DNA of 64,000 nucleotides from Gammaproteobacteria bacterium (GTDB lineage Bacteria; Pseudomonadota; Gammaproteobacteria; CBDBBL01): NCBI GenBank assembly GCA_965203125.1, contig CBDBBL010000018.1, positions 162,885 to 226,884 of the forward strand, read 5' to 3'. Shown piece by piece: positions 31,776 to 41,105 of this stretch (position 1 is its first letter; each line of letters starts with the position of its first letter). The notes under the pieces were generated by a model. It saw only the letters and a program-made list of their open reading frames with translations, ran no database searches and was not told where the DNA came from. The position numbers and the translations under genes were made by a program.

Positions 31776-32478
31776 GATGTTATCTCGATTCAATCTTTTT
31801 AAAATGATGCTGATTACTCTCGGTAGCTTTTTGTTGTGCATGATCAATGTGCAAGCGCGTATGGAAACAGTGGTTTGTTCATTTGCGCCACATGGGCATG
31901 GGCAAAAAGTGAAAATACAATCCGACTGTTCACAAGATTTATCAAGTTTTTTAAATGGCTTTTATTTTGTTAAAGATCGTATTGCTAGTGTCCATTCAAT
32001 GAATTCTCAAACAATGCCTGATCCTACACCCCAGTGGATCAAGACCCCTAATAGCGGATTCTTACAATATACGCTGAATACCCGTTGTGCCAGCAATGAT
32101 TCTAGCTGTATCGCTGACTCTCAAAACACACCAAAGACAACATTCTTTACAAAATTACTTGCTAATATTACCTCCATAGGATTACAACCAACGATTACCG
32201 TTGTGACTTGCCGCGCTAATCAATCCATTGAATATCGTGCTACACGCCACCGCAATCCTCAAGATCGTGTTGACGGTGAAAGTGAAGAGTGCACTACAGT
32301 ATTAAATCAATACTTACACAGTGTTACCTATACACTTAATCCTGAAAGCAATGGTGTCATTGTTAATAGTCAGCAATTTACCACGCCACAAGGCACTTTT
32401 GTTGCTTATACTTTGAAATATTATACATATGCTACGGCTTTTATTGCAGATTGGATGCCAAGAGCATTAGATCACTAA
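31776..32478 (+). CDS. Secreted protein with two copies of the same Cys-containing module, paralog 3
   Basis: Start at MLSRFNLFKMMLITLGSFLLCMINVQA (signal peptide); modules begin METVVCSF and TITVVTCRA. The longer listed ORF (from 31582) overlaps paralog 2 in another frame and is not used. Confidence 0.5.
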
Positions 32479-32606
32479 GTTATTATTATTTCACATAAAA
32501 CCACGCAATGATTACTGGGGAGTATCATGAATAAAATAAAACTTCAATATTACGCTATCATTTTGTTGAGTTGCTTGAGCCTTTCCAGCTAACTGTGTAA
32601 ATTCAT

Positions 32607-33398
32607 TCATAGATGCCCCTCAAAACGGTCAGAAAATTTAACCGTAAAATGAGCCATCGATTCATTCCAGTTTCTCACTGGCATAGTCCATTTTTTCATG
32701 ATGTTTTCTATCGCCAAATAAAGCGTTTTAAACACCGAATTATCACTAGGAAATACACGCTTGTTTTTTGTCACCTTACGCAACTGGCTGTTGAGTGACT
32801 CAATAGCATTAGTCGTGTAGATAACCCGCCTAATTTCCTCAGGATAATGAAGAAAGATTACCAGATTATCCCAGTTGGCGCACCAAGATTTTGCAATATG
32901 TGGATACTGCTTATCCCATTTCTCTTCAAATTCTAGCAAAGATTTTTGTGCCATTTCTTCATTAACTGCTGTATAAATCGGCTTTAAATCACCTACCAGT
33001 TCTTTTCTATCTTTGTAAGACACGTATCTCAGGCTATTGCGAATTTGATGCACAATGCATAGTTGGTGGTCAGTTTTTGGATACACAGTAGCTATTGCCT
33101 CAGACATGCCTTTTAAGCCGTCAGTGCAGGCAATCAAAATATCATTCAATCCTCTGTTTTTCATTTCGGTTAAATTGCTCAGCCAAAATTTAGCACCTTC
33201 ATTTTCACTAATCCACAGCCCCAATATGTCTTTATGTCCTGATAAACTTATTCCCAAGGCAACATACACTGCCTTGTTTATAATGCGTTTTTCGTGTCTT
33301 ACTTTGACCACCATGCAGTCAAAATATACAATAGGGTAGATTGATTCTAAGGGTCTGCTTTGCCATGCATACACCTCCTCCAGTACTCTATCTGTCAC
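32607..33398 (-). pseudogene. IS256-family (mutator-type) transposase, N-terminally truncated
   Basis: 263 aa collinear with the C-terminal two-thirds of IS256-family transposases (YPIVYFDCMVVKVR, AVYVALGISLSGHKDILGLWI, ILIACTDGLKG, LCIVHQIRNSL, YTTNAIESLNSQLRKVTKNKRVFPSD); about 100-140 N-terminal residues missing. Confidence 0.7.
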
Positions 33399-33763
33399 CT
33401 TGCTGATGAAGCTTTTACCAACCTCAGCCCCATATAGTTCTTGTTGGATCTGGAAATATTGAATCAGGGCTGGATAACTTGTTTGTTAACAATGGGCATG
33501 TTTTCAATTTAGCTCTTCAGAAAAACAAAAGACCTTCATATAACAAAATGATTTTGAGTAGTTTTTCAATGAAATAATGCCAAAAACATGCGGTTAGAAT
33601 GGTTGATGCTTAATCGTGTTAGCTATAATTGCCTATATTAGCGCAAATTTTGTAAGCAATATCTCGGTGCGATTGCCATGGACTAACCATAATCAAGTTA
33701 CTCCTTGGTTATTGGCCAGTGGCGCTTGAGGATTACAGTCCTTGGGCGCCACGACTTTTTTAT

Positions 33764-34297
33764 TTATCGTTGAAACAACCCGTCCTCTGTACCAAAGTTT
33801 TGACGATGAAGCAAGATATCAGTAATGATTTTATTGAGAGACGCTTTATCGGTAAACAATGTGATATCTGCAACCTCACGGTAAAATGGCTCACGTTCGA
33901 GATTGGTTTTAGTCAATGATTGTTGTTGTAAGATGGGTCTTTTTTCTTGTCGTTTTTTTGTGCGTTGCTGTTGTGCGCTTAGTTCAACCTTGAGATAGAT
34001 GACAAACCCTTGACGAATAAACTGCCGATTATTCTTATCTAAGACTGTGCCACCACCTGTTGAAATGACTGTCGGGGTTTTAAATGCAATCAATTCTTGT
34101 AGTAACTCATGTTCACGACGACGGTAGCCTTCAATTCCCTCTTTGTCGACAATCCAATCAAGCTCAACACCGCTTTGCTCTTCAATTTCGCGATCTAGAT
34201 CAATAAAGTCATAGTGGAGTTTTTTGCTTAATGCTGCGCCAATGGTACTTTTCCCTGCGCCAAAAGGCCCGACCATAAATATGTGATCTGTTGTCAT
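33764..34297 (-). CDS. aroK: Shikimate kinase AroK
   Basis: Start at MTTDHIFMVGPFGAGKSTIG (P-loop); about 177 aa; conserved position downstream of pilQ. Confidence 0.85.
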   Translation of the reverse strand: MTTDHIFMVGPFGAGKSTIGAALSKKLHYDFIDLDREIEEQSGVELDWIVDKEGIEGYRRREHELLQELIAFKTPTVISTGGGTVLDKNNRQFIRQGFVIYLKVELSAQQQRTKKRQEKRPILQQQSLTKTNLEREPFYREVADITLFTDKASLNKIITDILLHRQNFGTEDGLFQR

Positions 34298-34368
34298 ATA
34301 AGGTATTGTAGCTTTATACCCACCGCCCTTCAAGAAGTTGGCGTCTTCTGTATAGGTTCAAGTGATTT

Positions 34369-34536
34369 GGGTATATACCCATCACCACTCAAGAAACCGA
34401 GCTTTAACTGCATGAATTTTGCAAAATTGAGATTTAAAAACTTTTGCAATAGCTTGCTATTACTCGATTTTTTAAATCTAATTTTACTAAAATCCATTTT
34501 GTTAAAACTCCGGTTTCTTGAATGGCGATGGGTATA
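34369..34536. repeat. MITE-like repeat, family 2 (copy C), between aroK and pilQ
   Basis: Inverted repeats CCCATCACCACTCAAGAAACCGAGCTTTAAC / GTTAAAACTCCGGTTTCTTGAATGGCGATGGG; core TTGCAATAGCTTGCTATTACTCGATTTTTTAAATCTAAT nearly identical to copy B. Confidence 0.6.
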
Positions 34537-34556
34537 GCATGTTTATGAACAACTCC

Positions 34557-35576
34557 TTAGGGTACAATCTTCGGAGTGATGAAAATGAGTAGTTCACTCT
34601 CATTGTGTTCAGTGGTTTGATGAGTGAATAATTTGCCAAGTATTGGAATCGCGCTTAAGAATGGCACACGCTCAGTGATCTTTGCTTGATTACGTTCAAG
34701 GATTCCACCTAATACAATGGTTTGTTGATTGTGTACGAGAACTTCTGTATTAATTTGGTGTGTATTAATGGCAGGGACGCCTGCGATGGTTAATGGGCTG
34801 ACTTTATCTTGATTCATGGTGATTTTAAGTGAAACCGCATTTTTATTTTTGATCGTTGGTGTCACGCTTAGGCGTAAGACTGCTTTTTTGAATGTGGTTG
34901 TGGTGTTGCCTTCCCCAGTATGTTCTTGATAAGGGATCTCACTGCCAGATTCAATGTCTGCGCGGTGATGGTTTTCTGTTAATAGAATGGGGCTGGCGAT
35001 CACCTCGCCATGACCTTCTTTCTCTAATGCAGTTAGTTGTAGCCAAAGTAATGCGTTGTTGCCAATTTTGCCGATGGCAAAGTTAAAGCTGCCTGTGTTA
35101 AAACTACTGGGCATTAAGGTGGAAAACTGCTTTCCATCTGAGATGACTTGTGGTTTGGTGCCGAAGTTAATGCCGATATCTTTTAAGTAATCAGTGTTGA
35201 TATCGACAATTTTCGCTTTAATTTTGACTTGTTGGGTGGGTTGATCAATCACGTGGATTAACTGCGCGATAGTGCGTTGTGTTGATTGATTGGCTTTTAT
35301 CCATAATAGATGATGTTGGTCATCACCGATGAGTGTGTCATTTTTTCGGAGTAAATGGTTTTGGGTAATGAGCTGTTTCAGATATTGTGTGCTTTGGTAA
35401 TGTAGATGATATGTTTTTATCTGTAAGTCATCAGTCGGAATGTTGAAAGGGTCTTGAGATGTGTGAGGTGATTTTTGTAAATAGCGGGGTAGTGGGTTGA
35501 TGCTATTTGTGCTGTAAGCAGTGATCACTAAGTATGATAATAGTATGGTAATGCCTGCTTTCATTGAGTATTCCAT
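34557..35576 (-). CDS. pilQ: Type IV pilus secretin PilQ-like (short form)
   Basis: C-terminal secretin signature VPFLSAIPILGKLF...ELLIFITPKIV; start taken at an internal Met (MEYSMKAGITILL, signal-like) because the upstream part of the listed ORF overlaps the preceding gene. Much shorter than typical PilQ, so N-terminal domains are absent. Confidence 0.6.
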   Translation of the reverse strand: MEYSMKAGITILLSYLVITAYSTNSINPLPRYLQKSPHTSQDPFNIPTDDLQIKTYHLHYQSTQYLKQLITQNHLLRKNDTLIGDDQHHLLWIKANQSTQRTIAQLIHVIDQPTQQVKIKAKIVDINTDYLKDIGINFGTKPQVISDGKQFSTLMPSSFNTGSFNFAIGKIGNNALLWLQLTALEKEGHGEVIASPILLTENHHRADIESGSEIPYQEHTGEGNTTTTFKKAVLRLSVTPTIKNKNAVSLKITMNQDKVSPLTIAGVPAINTHQINTEVLVHNQQTIVLGGILERNQAKITERVPFLSAIPILGKLFTHQTTEHNESELLIFITPKIVP

Positions 35577-36055
35577 TGTAGTGTGAGTTGCAATTGTAAA
35601 AAATGTGGGTGTGATGCTATGGGAGTTATGGAAAACTGGGTTATTTCGACACGTGGAGTTGTTGCCAGCAGTTGATTCAATAATGGTAGTAAAGCATTTG
35701 ATTTTCCTTGAAGATTTAAAGTTAATCGATTGTGCTTTTTGAATTGACTGCTGATTGTTTGCCACCCAGTCATGTGCACTGTATTGATCAGTTGTATGCT
35801 GGTAGCATTTTGTGCTATTGGTTTGTTAATTAACCAGACTGTGCTTATGTTTTGCAGGGTTTTGATTTGTTTTTTTAGTGTGTGTTGCATTGCCTGTAAT
35901 GTTGTAAGCGACTGTAGTTGGGTGGCGTGCTGTGCTTTTTGGTTAAGGAGCTGCTGATTTTGCCAGTTTGAAGATAGGCAGTAAATGATTAGAAATAATA
36001 ATATAAACAATTGGCCTGCGATTAATAAACAATGAGAGGTCTTTGATTGTGTCAT
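35561..36055 (-). CDS. Type IV pilus assembly protein, PilO-like
   Basis: 164 aa with one N-terminal TM segment (CLLIAGQLFILLFLIIYCL) followed by a coiled-coil/periplasmic domain; position between the pilN-like gene and pilQ. Confidence 0.4.
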   Translation of the reverse strand: MTQSKTSHCLLIAGQLFILLFLIIYCLSSNWQNQQLLNQKAQHATQLQSLTTLQAMQHTLKKQIKTLQNISTVWLINKPIAQNATSIQLINTVHMTGWQTISSQFKKHNRLTLNLQGKSNALLPLLNQLLATTPRVEITQFSITPIASHPHFLQLQLTLQWNTQ

Positions 36056-36867
36056 GATGATTTAATTCTAAGAGTAAAATAGGTTTGATTGCCTTGGTGG
36101 CTTGTTATTGTCATTGATGTTGAATTGAAGTTTTTCTGCCATTGGTCGAGCGCCTGTGCGTCTCCTGCTGTCACCCCTTTGATGGTTAAATATTGATTAT
36201 TTTTTGTTTGGATATTTTGAATATATCCGTTAGGGAGGGGGTGATTGCATAGTGTCTGGATGATGGCAATCCACCTGCGTATTATTTGATGATTGGCTGT
36301 AATGTGTTTGAGAGGTTGCAATAGATGATATTTATGAGTTTGTAGTTGTTTGATTTGTTGTGTTTTGAGTTGCTGTTGCTGGAAGTTGGGGTGTTTTCGT
36401 TCGAACTGTTTTGTATTATTCCTGAGGTGCGTACTCCAAGAGAAGTGAATGAAAAGTACTATCAAAAGGCTGCATAAACTATATCTTAGGTAGATATAAC
36501 CTTGTTTTATTAACTGTGCGTATTGCTGTGTTTTTCTCCAAGGTAATAGGTTAATAGTTGGGTGAGCTTTCAGTTCGCTTGTTGTTGTGAGTTGATTAAC
36601 CTTGATGCCAGCACGGCGAAATGCTTGCTGATATTGTATGATGGTCTGTCGATTGGCATAAGTAATATGAGCTTGTTCATCTTTGATGATGTAATCAATG
36701 CTAAGCGTGTTGGCAGTAAGATTTTGCTCGGTTTCTAATTGTGCTAATAATGTCATGTATTGAAGGTGAGGTTTCAAGTGGGTGTTGATGGGTAGAATAG
36801 CGTAAGCAACTTCATGTTGAGGCAGAAATCCAATATGGTGATGATGATCAAGTGTGATTTGTTTCAT
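36052..36867 (-). CDS. Type IV pilus assembly protein, PilN-like (possibly with a short PilM-like N-terminal extension)
   Basis: 271 aa; INLLPWRK motif immediately before a TM segment (YIYLRYSLCSLLIVLFIHF), as in PilN. Confidence 0.5.
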   Translation of the reverse strand: MKQITLDHHHHIGFLPQHEVAYAILPINTHLKPHLQYMTLLAQLETEQNLTANTLSIDYIIKDEQAHITYANRQTIIQYQQAFRRAGIKVNQLTTTSELKAHPTINLLPWRKTQQYAQLIKQGYIYLRYSLCSLLIVLFIHFSWSTHLRNNTKQFERKHPNFQQQQLKTQQIKQLQTHKYHLLQPLKHITANHQIIRRWIAIIQTLCNHPLPNGYIQNIQTKNNQYLTIKGVTAGDAQALDQWQKNFNSTSMTITSHQGNQTYFTLRIKSS

Positions 36868-36887
36868 GAGAGCGCTGCTTCAAAAGA

Positions 36888-36915
36888 TGACATGTATGGT
36901 AGTCTGAGTTATAAT
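36888..36915 (+). promoter_or_regulatory. Candidate sigma70 promoter upstream of ssrA
   Basis: TGACAT - 16 nt - TATAAT, about 43 nt upstream of the mature tmRNA 5' end; could equally serve the divergent pil operon. Confidence 0.3.
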
Positions 36916-36957
36916 AGGTGTGTACACGGGATATTTTCCTGTGATGAAATTTCCTTT

Positions 36958-37331
36958 GGGGGCGACTTTTGGCTTCGACGTAGGCTTATAACCCTTCAGG
37001 TGCATGTCGCGCAATGAAGTAAACCGCGTAAAACTTGATTTCAGTAAATATAATTGCAAACGAAAGTGATTATGGAGTGATGGCGCAAGCCGCGTAACTT
37101 AAACCGTTACAGCTCTCTGTTGCCTTGATTTGTTTATGGTTTAAGTGCAACAGTTATATTTCATAAACTCGCATACGGTGTTGCCAAGCATGGTGTGTTA
37201 AATTTCTGGCTCGCTGAATGTATCCCTGACAGTTGGGTGATGTTTGGTTAAATTAATAAACTGAAACTAAGCATGTAGATCCTAAGGCGGAGAGTGTACG
37301 GACGCGGGTTCGATTCCCGCCGCCTCCACCA
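36958..37331 (+). ncRNA. ssrA: tmRNA (SsrA)
   Basis: 5' GGGGGCGAC...GGCTTCGACG and 3' GGACGCGGGTTCGATTCCCGCCGCCTCCACCA form a tRNA-Ala-like acceptor/T-arm with a G3:U wobble. Internal tag reading frame GCA AAC GAA AGT GAT TAT GGA GTG ATG GCG CAA GCC GCG TAA (ANESDYGVMAQAA, inferred) at 37056-37097. Confidence 0.8.
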
Positions 37332-37473
37332 TTTTTGTTTTTGAATTCTGAAGTAAAGAATTGTGAAGTAGCTTCGACTCCGCGTCCCGCGGGTTCGATT
37401 GATTCGGCACATCCATGTGCCTCACCCTACGGGCGAGCAAAGCTCGTCTATATTGACATCAGTGTCAATTTAT

Positions 37474-37494
37474 CCCGCCGCCTCCACCATTTTT
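37474..37494 (+). repeat. Direct repeat of the tmRNA 3' end (att-like)
   Basis: CCCGCCGCCTCCACCATTTTT at 37474-37494 is identical to 37316-37336 (the ssrA 3' end), 158 bp downstream. Confidence 0.6.
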
Positions 37495-37623
37495 AGTTAA
37501 ATCGGTATTTGGAGCTTGAAGTTTCTTGCTATTTTTTTCTCTCAGGTATAAGATTCAACGTCATTATTTTAAGTGGCCTCATTGATTGAGGTAGATTGAT
37601 TAATATATTTATTGGGAGCTGCG

Positions 37624-38058
37624 ATGAAAACATTCAGCGCAAAAAGTGAAGAAGTCAAGCGCGAGTGGTGTGTGATTGACGCAGAAAATGAAACGCTAGG
37701 GCGTCTTGCAAGCTTTATCGCAAAAAGACTTCGTGGCAAACATAAAGCGATCTTTACACCACATGCAGATACTGGCGATAATATCGTTGTTATTAATGCT
37801 GAGAAGATTAAAGTAACGGGTGATAAAAAAGCTCAAAAAACTTATTGGCGTCATAGTACTCGTCCAGGCAGTATGGTGTTGACAACATTAGGAAAGATGC
37901 TTGAAACAAAGCCAACTACTGTGATTGAGAAAGCAGTGAAAGGTATGATGCCTAAAGGGCCATTAGGTCGTCAGGCATTCAAAAAATTAAAAGTGTATGC
38001 AGGCTCTGAACATCCTCATATAGCACAACAGCCAGTGACGTTAAAGGTCGAGGGATAA
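37624..38058 (+). CDS. rplM: 50S ribosomal protein L13
   Basis: Start [15 protein letters not shown]; 144 aa, collinear with bacterial L13. Confidence 0.95.
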   Translation: MKTFSAKSEEVKREWCVIDAENETLGRLASFIAKRLRGKHKAIFTPHADTGDNIVVINAEKIKVTGDKKAQKTYWRHSTRPGSMVLTTLGKMLETKPTTVIEKAVKGMMPKGPLGRQAFKKLKVYAGSEHPHIAQQPVTLKVEG

Positions 38059-38061
38059 AAC

Positions 38062-38475
38062 ATGGCAATTGCACAAAACTATGGTACAGGTCGTCGTAAA
38101 AGTTCTGCGGCGCGTGTTTTTTTACGTAAGGGAACTGGAAAAGTTGTCATTAATACAAAAACAATTGAAGATTATTTTGGACGTGAAACTTCTCGAATGA
38201 TTGTTAAGCAACCATTGGAGTTGTTGAATGTTTCAGATCAATTTGATGTTGTAGTCACTGTTCGTGGTGGCGGTGCTAGTGGTCAAGCTGGTGCAATTCG
38301 TTTAGGTGTTGCTCGTGCCTTGTTGCAGTATGATGAAGCAGGTGATGTGGAAGGCCAAGGCTGGAGAAAGTCTTTGCGTGAAGCTGGTTTTGTGACTCGT
38401 GATGCGCGTAAAGTTGAGCGTAAAAAAGTTGGTTTGCGCAAAGCGCGTCGTGCGGTTCAATTTTCGAAACGTTAA
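38062..38475 (+). CDS. rpsI: 30S ribosomal protein S9
   Basis: 137 aa; conserved C-terminus [14 protein letters not shown]. Confidence 0.95.
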   Translation: MAIAQNYGTGRRKSSAARVFLRKGTGKVVINTKTIEDYFGRETSRMIVKQPLELLNVSDQFDVVVTVRGGGASGQAGAIRLGVARALLQYDEAGDVEGQGWRKSLREAGFVTRDARKVERKKVGLRKARRAVQFSKR

Positions 38476-38507
38476 TTGTTTTCGTTCGTTACAGATTGTT
38501 AATACTA

Positions 38508-38549
38508 GGCTAATTAACGAATTGCGTTGGTTAGCCTCTTTTGTTTTTC
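38508..38549 (+). terminator. Rho-independent terminator after rplM-rpsI
   Basis: Hairpin GGCTAATTAACG-AATTG-CGTTGGTTAGCC (with two G:U pairs) followed by TCTTTTGTTTTT. Confidence 0.45.
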
Positions 38550-38565
38550 TTATTGGAGTAAGTCT

Positions 38566-39198
38566 ATGACTGCCGTTCTTAAGCGATCAGCAATGACCTT
38601 GTTTACTGATTCTTCTATTGATGGACATCGTGTTCGATTTGTTCTAGCCATTAAAGGTGTGAATGTTGAGATTAGTGAGGTTGACCCAAGTGAGTTGCCT
38701 CAAGCCTTGTTAGAGATGAGCAGTGAAGGTATTCTTCCTACGTTGATTGATCGTGATTTGGTGTTGAATCAGCCAAATGTGATTATGGAATATCTGGACG
38801 AGCGCTTTCCTCACCCACCTTTATTGCCTGTTTATCCCGTTGCGCGTGCAAAATCTAGATTAATGATTCATCAAATTGAGCAGGATTGGTACAGCTTAGT
38901 TGATAAAATGTATCATGGTTCTGCCGATGAGAAGAAATCTTCACAAAAGTTATTTATTGATCAAATGATTAGCTTGGCGCCTGTTTTTAAAGAAATGCCG
39001 TTCTTTTTGAGCGAAGAACTCTCGCTGGTGGATTGTACGTTAGCACCGATGTTATGGCGTTTACCTGAGTTTGGCGTTGTGCTACCTGATGCAGCACAAG
39101 TAGTGGTTGAATATGCTGATCGGTTGTTTGAATTAGATGCTTTCAAGGCATCTTTGACGGAAACAGAGCAGGAAATTAGAGAGTCGGATGACTTCTAG
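38566..39198 (+). CDS. sspA: Stringent starvation protein A (GST-like RNA polymerase-associated regulator)
   Basis: Start MTAVLKRSAMTLFTD (compare E. coli MAVAANKRSVMTLFSG); conserved IMEYLDERFPHPPLLPVYPVARAKSRL and LVDCTLAPMLWRLPEFG blocks. Confidence 0.9.
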   Translation: MTAVLKRSAMTLFTDSSIDGHRVRFVLAIKGVNVEISEVDPSELPQALLEMSSEGILPTLIDRDLVLNQPNVIMEYLDERFPHPPLLPVYPVARAKSRLMIHQIEQDWYSLVDKMYHGSADEKKSSQKLFIDQMISLAPVFKEMPFFLSEELSLVDCTLAPMLWRLPEFGVVLPDAAQVVVEYADRLFELDAFKASLTETEQEIRESDDF

Positions 39199-39640
39199 TA
39201 AACCCTATCTTTTACGTGCGTTATGGCAATGGCTTGTTGATAATGATTTAACGCCTTACTTGCAGGTTTCAGCCAAACTACCTAGTGTAGATGTGCCGAT
39301 GGAGTTTGTGAATGATGGGCAGATCATTTTGAATACAGCACCGATGGCAGTGAAAGATCTTGATATTGCGAATTGCTCTGTTACCTTCAGTGCGAGGTTT
39401 TCAGGGAAGCCTAGGAATATTTACGTGCCAATTAATTCGGTGATGGCAATTTATGCAAAGGAAAACGGACGAGGAATGGTGTTTGATTTGGAGTCGGAAA
39501 TAGACGATGCTAAAGAAGATAGTGTTGATCGTAAGTTGAAACCTATTGCTATGGTAGAAAAGAAAACAACATCATCTGATGATAAGCTTAAGAAGCCATC
39601 TAAGGATAGCCGTAAGCCTTCACTTAAGATTGTTAAGTAA
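39188..39640 (+). CDS. sspB: Stringent starvation protein B (ClpXP adaptor)
   Basis: 150 aa; N-terminus SKPYLLRALWQWLVDNDLTPYL typical of SspB; acidic C-terminal tail. Confidence 0.85.
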   Translation: MTSSKPYLLRALWQWLVDNDLTPYLQVSAKLPSVDVPMEFVNDGQIILNTAPMAVKDLDIANCSVTFSARFSGKPRNIYVPINSVMAIYAKENGRGMVFDLESEIDDAKEDSVDRKLKPIAMVEKKTTSSDDKLKKPSKDSRKPSLKIVK

Positions 39641-39679
39641 TTTTGTAACTGCTCACCCGTCATTCCGAGTACATGATGC

Positions 39680-40336
39680 TCACATAATTCCAAATAGCCT
39701 CAGAATAGCAGTGTATAGAAACGCCATCGGCGGATAAATAATAATACTCAATAGCTTGGTTGCAATCAGTGCAAGTAGAATAAAAAACCCATAAGGTTCT
39801 ATTTTACTATATGTGTAGGCATAACGACTAGGTAAGAGACTTGAAACAACTCGGCTGCCATCTAGTGGTGGGATCGGAATTAAATTGAGTAGGCATAACA
39901 CCAGATTAATCATAATACCGGCTTGCCCCATATAAATGAGTGCGACTGCAAATGTTGCGTGTTGTGTTTGTGCAAGTATACCTAGCTTCATAACCATTGC
40001 CCAGAATAGTGCCATGAGTAAGTTGGATACAGGGCCAGCTAAGGCTACTAATGCCATATCTCGTTTTGGCTTGTTCAGGGCATTATAGTTGACGGGAACA
40101 GGCTTTGCCCAGCCGAAAACAAAACCGCCTAGAAATAACAGTAAAATAGGGACAACAATAGTGCCCAGTGGGTCAATGTGTTTGATTGGGTTAAGGCTCA
40201 ACCGCCCCAGCATCCATGCTGAATTGTCACCACATTGCTTGGCAACCCATCCGTGCGCCACTTCGTGTAAAGTGATGGCAAATAATACAGGCAGTGCCCA
40301 AATACAAATTTGTTGAATGATATTGAAATGTTGCAT
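39680..40336 (-). CDS. Site-2 protease family membrane metalloprotease (peptidase M50)
   Basis: 218 aa, polytopic; HExxH zinc motif in the first TM (LHEVAHGWVA) and a second conserved GxxxxLLNLIPIPPLDGSRV motif. Confidence 0.6.
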   Translation of the reverse strand: MQHFNIIQQICIWALPVLFAITLHEVAHGWVAKQCGDNSAWMLGRLSLNPIKHIDPLGTIVVPILLLFLGGFVFGWAKPVPVNYNALNKPKRDMALVALAGPVSNLLMALFWAMVMKLGILAQTQHATFAVALIYMGQAGIMINLVLCLLNLIPIPPLDGSRVVSSLLPSRYAYTYSKIEPYGFFILLALIATKLLSIIIYPPMAFLYTAILRLFGIM

Positions 40337-40349
40337 CGGTGTCTGCTCC

Positions 40350-41105
40350 TTATGAGAAAAACTGTATCCATAATAAGTGCACTAGCATAATGGTGACGAC
40401 ACTTAAAAACAATGGTCGAATGAGTTTACTACCAAAGCGAATGGCAGAATGTGCGCCTAAATGTGATCCTAGCCATAAGAAGATAGCCATCATCATCCCT
40501 AATGGATAATGAATATGTCCAGCAATCATGAATACTAGTAGCGAGAAAAAGTTGCTAATAAAATTCATGAGTTTGGTAATAGCGGTGGCCTCTAGTAAAT
40601 CGAAATGAAGAAACTTGTGGAGAACTGTGACCCAAAAGGCACCTGTTCCAGGGCCTAGAAAACCATCATAAAACCCAATGATTCCTCCTGTCATGGGGGT
40701 AATCCATGGTTTTCTTACATTTGAAGTGGTTGTGATTTTTTTATTAGGAGCAAGCATTAAATATAAGACAATGACTAGCAAGATAATGGGGATAGCTCGA
40801 TTGAGAAAGCCTGTGCTGGATAAATCAACGAGTAGTGTTCCTATGATAGCACCAATGGCAGATGCAATCATGGTGGCAATCCATAATTGGGGTTTGAATA
40901 TGCGTTTTTTAATGAAGACAACAGCAGCTTGAGATACGCCGATTGTGGCAGATAGCTTGTTGGTGCCTAATGCTGCGTGTGGAGGTAGTCCTGCGTAAAG
41001 ATAGGCAGGCACCGTTAAAAGACCGCCACCACCAGCAATACTGTCAATAAATCCTGAGAGGAATGCAATAGCACTTAGTCCAACATACAATAGCCAGTGG
41101 GTCAT
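40350..41105 (-). CDS. TauE/SafE (TSUP) family membrane transporter
   Basis: 251 aa, about 8 TM; repeated GGGGLLTVP / GxGTGAF motifs characteristic of the TSUP family. Confidence 0.7.
   Translation of the reverse strand: MTHWLLYVGLSAIAFLSGFIDSIAGGGGLLTVPAYLYAGLPPHAALGTNKLSATIGVSQAAVVFIKKRIFKPQLWIATMIASAIGAIIGTLLVDLSSTGFLNRAIPIILLVIVLYLMLAPNKKITTTSNVRKPWITPMTGGIIGFYDGFLGPGTGAFWVTVLHKFLHFDLLEATAITKLMNFISNFFSLLVFMIAGHIHYPLGMMMAIFLWLGSHLGAHSAIRFGSKLIRPLFLSVVTIMLVHLLWIQFFS

Noticed and set aside
33712-33760. Hairpin GTGGCGC...GCGCCAC followed by a T-run on the plus strand near the aroK 3' end
   Set aside because: Stem is short with a 20-nt loop and no plus-strand gene reads into it; orientation is wrong for terminating aroK, so not reported as a terminator.
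37337-37473. Possible second piece of a permuted two-piece tmRNA
   Set aside because: A complete one-piece tmRNA (acceptor, tag frame, T-arm, CCA) is present at 36958-37331; the downstream segment is better explained as an integration-site duplication.
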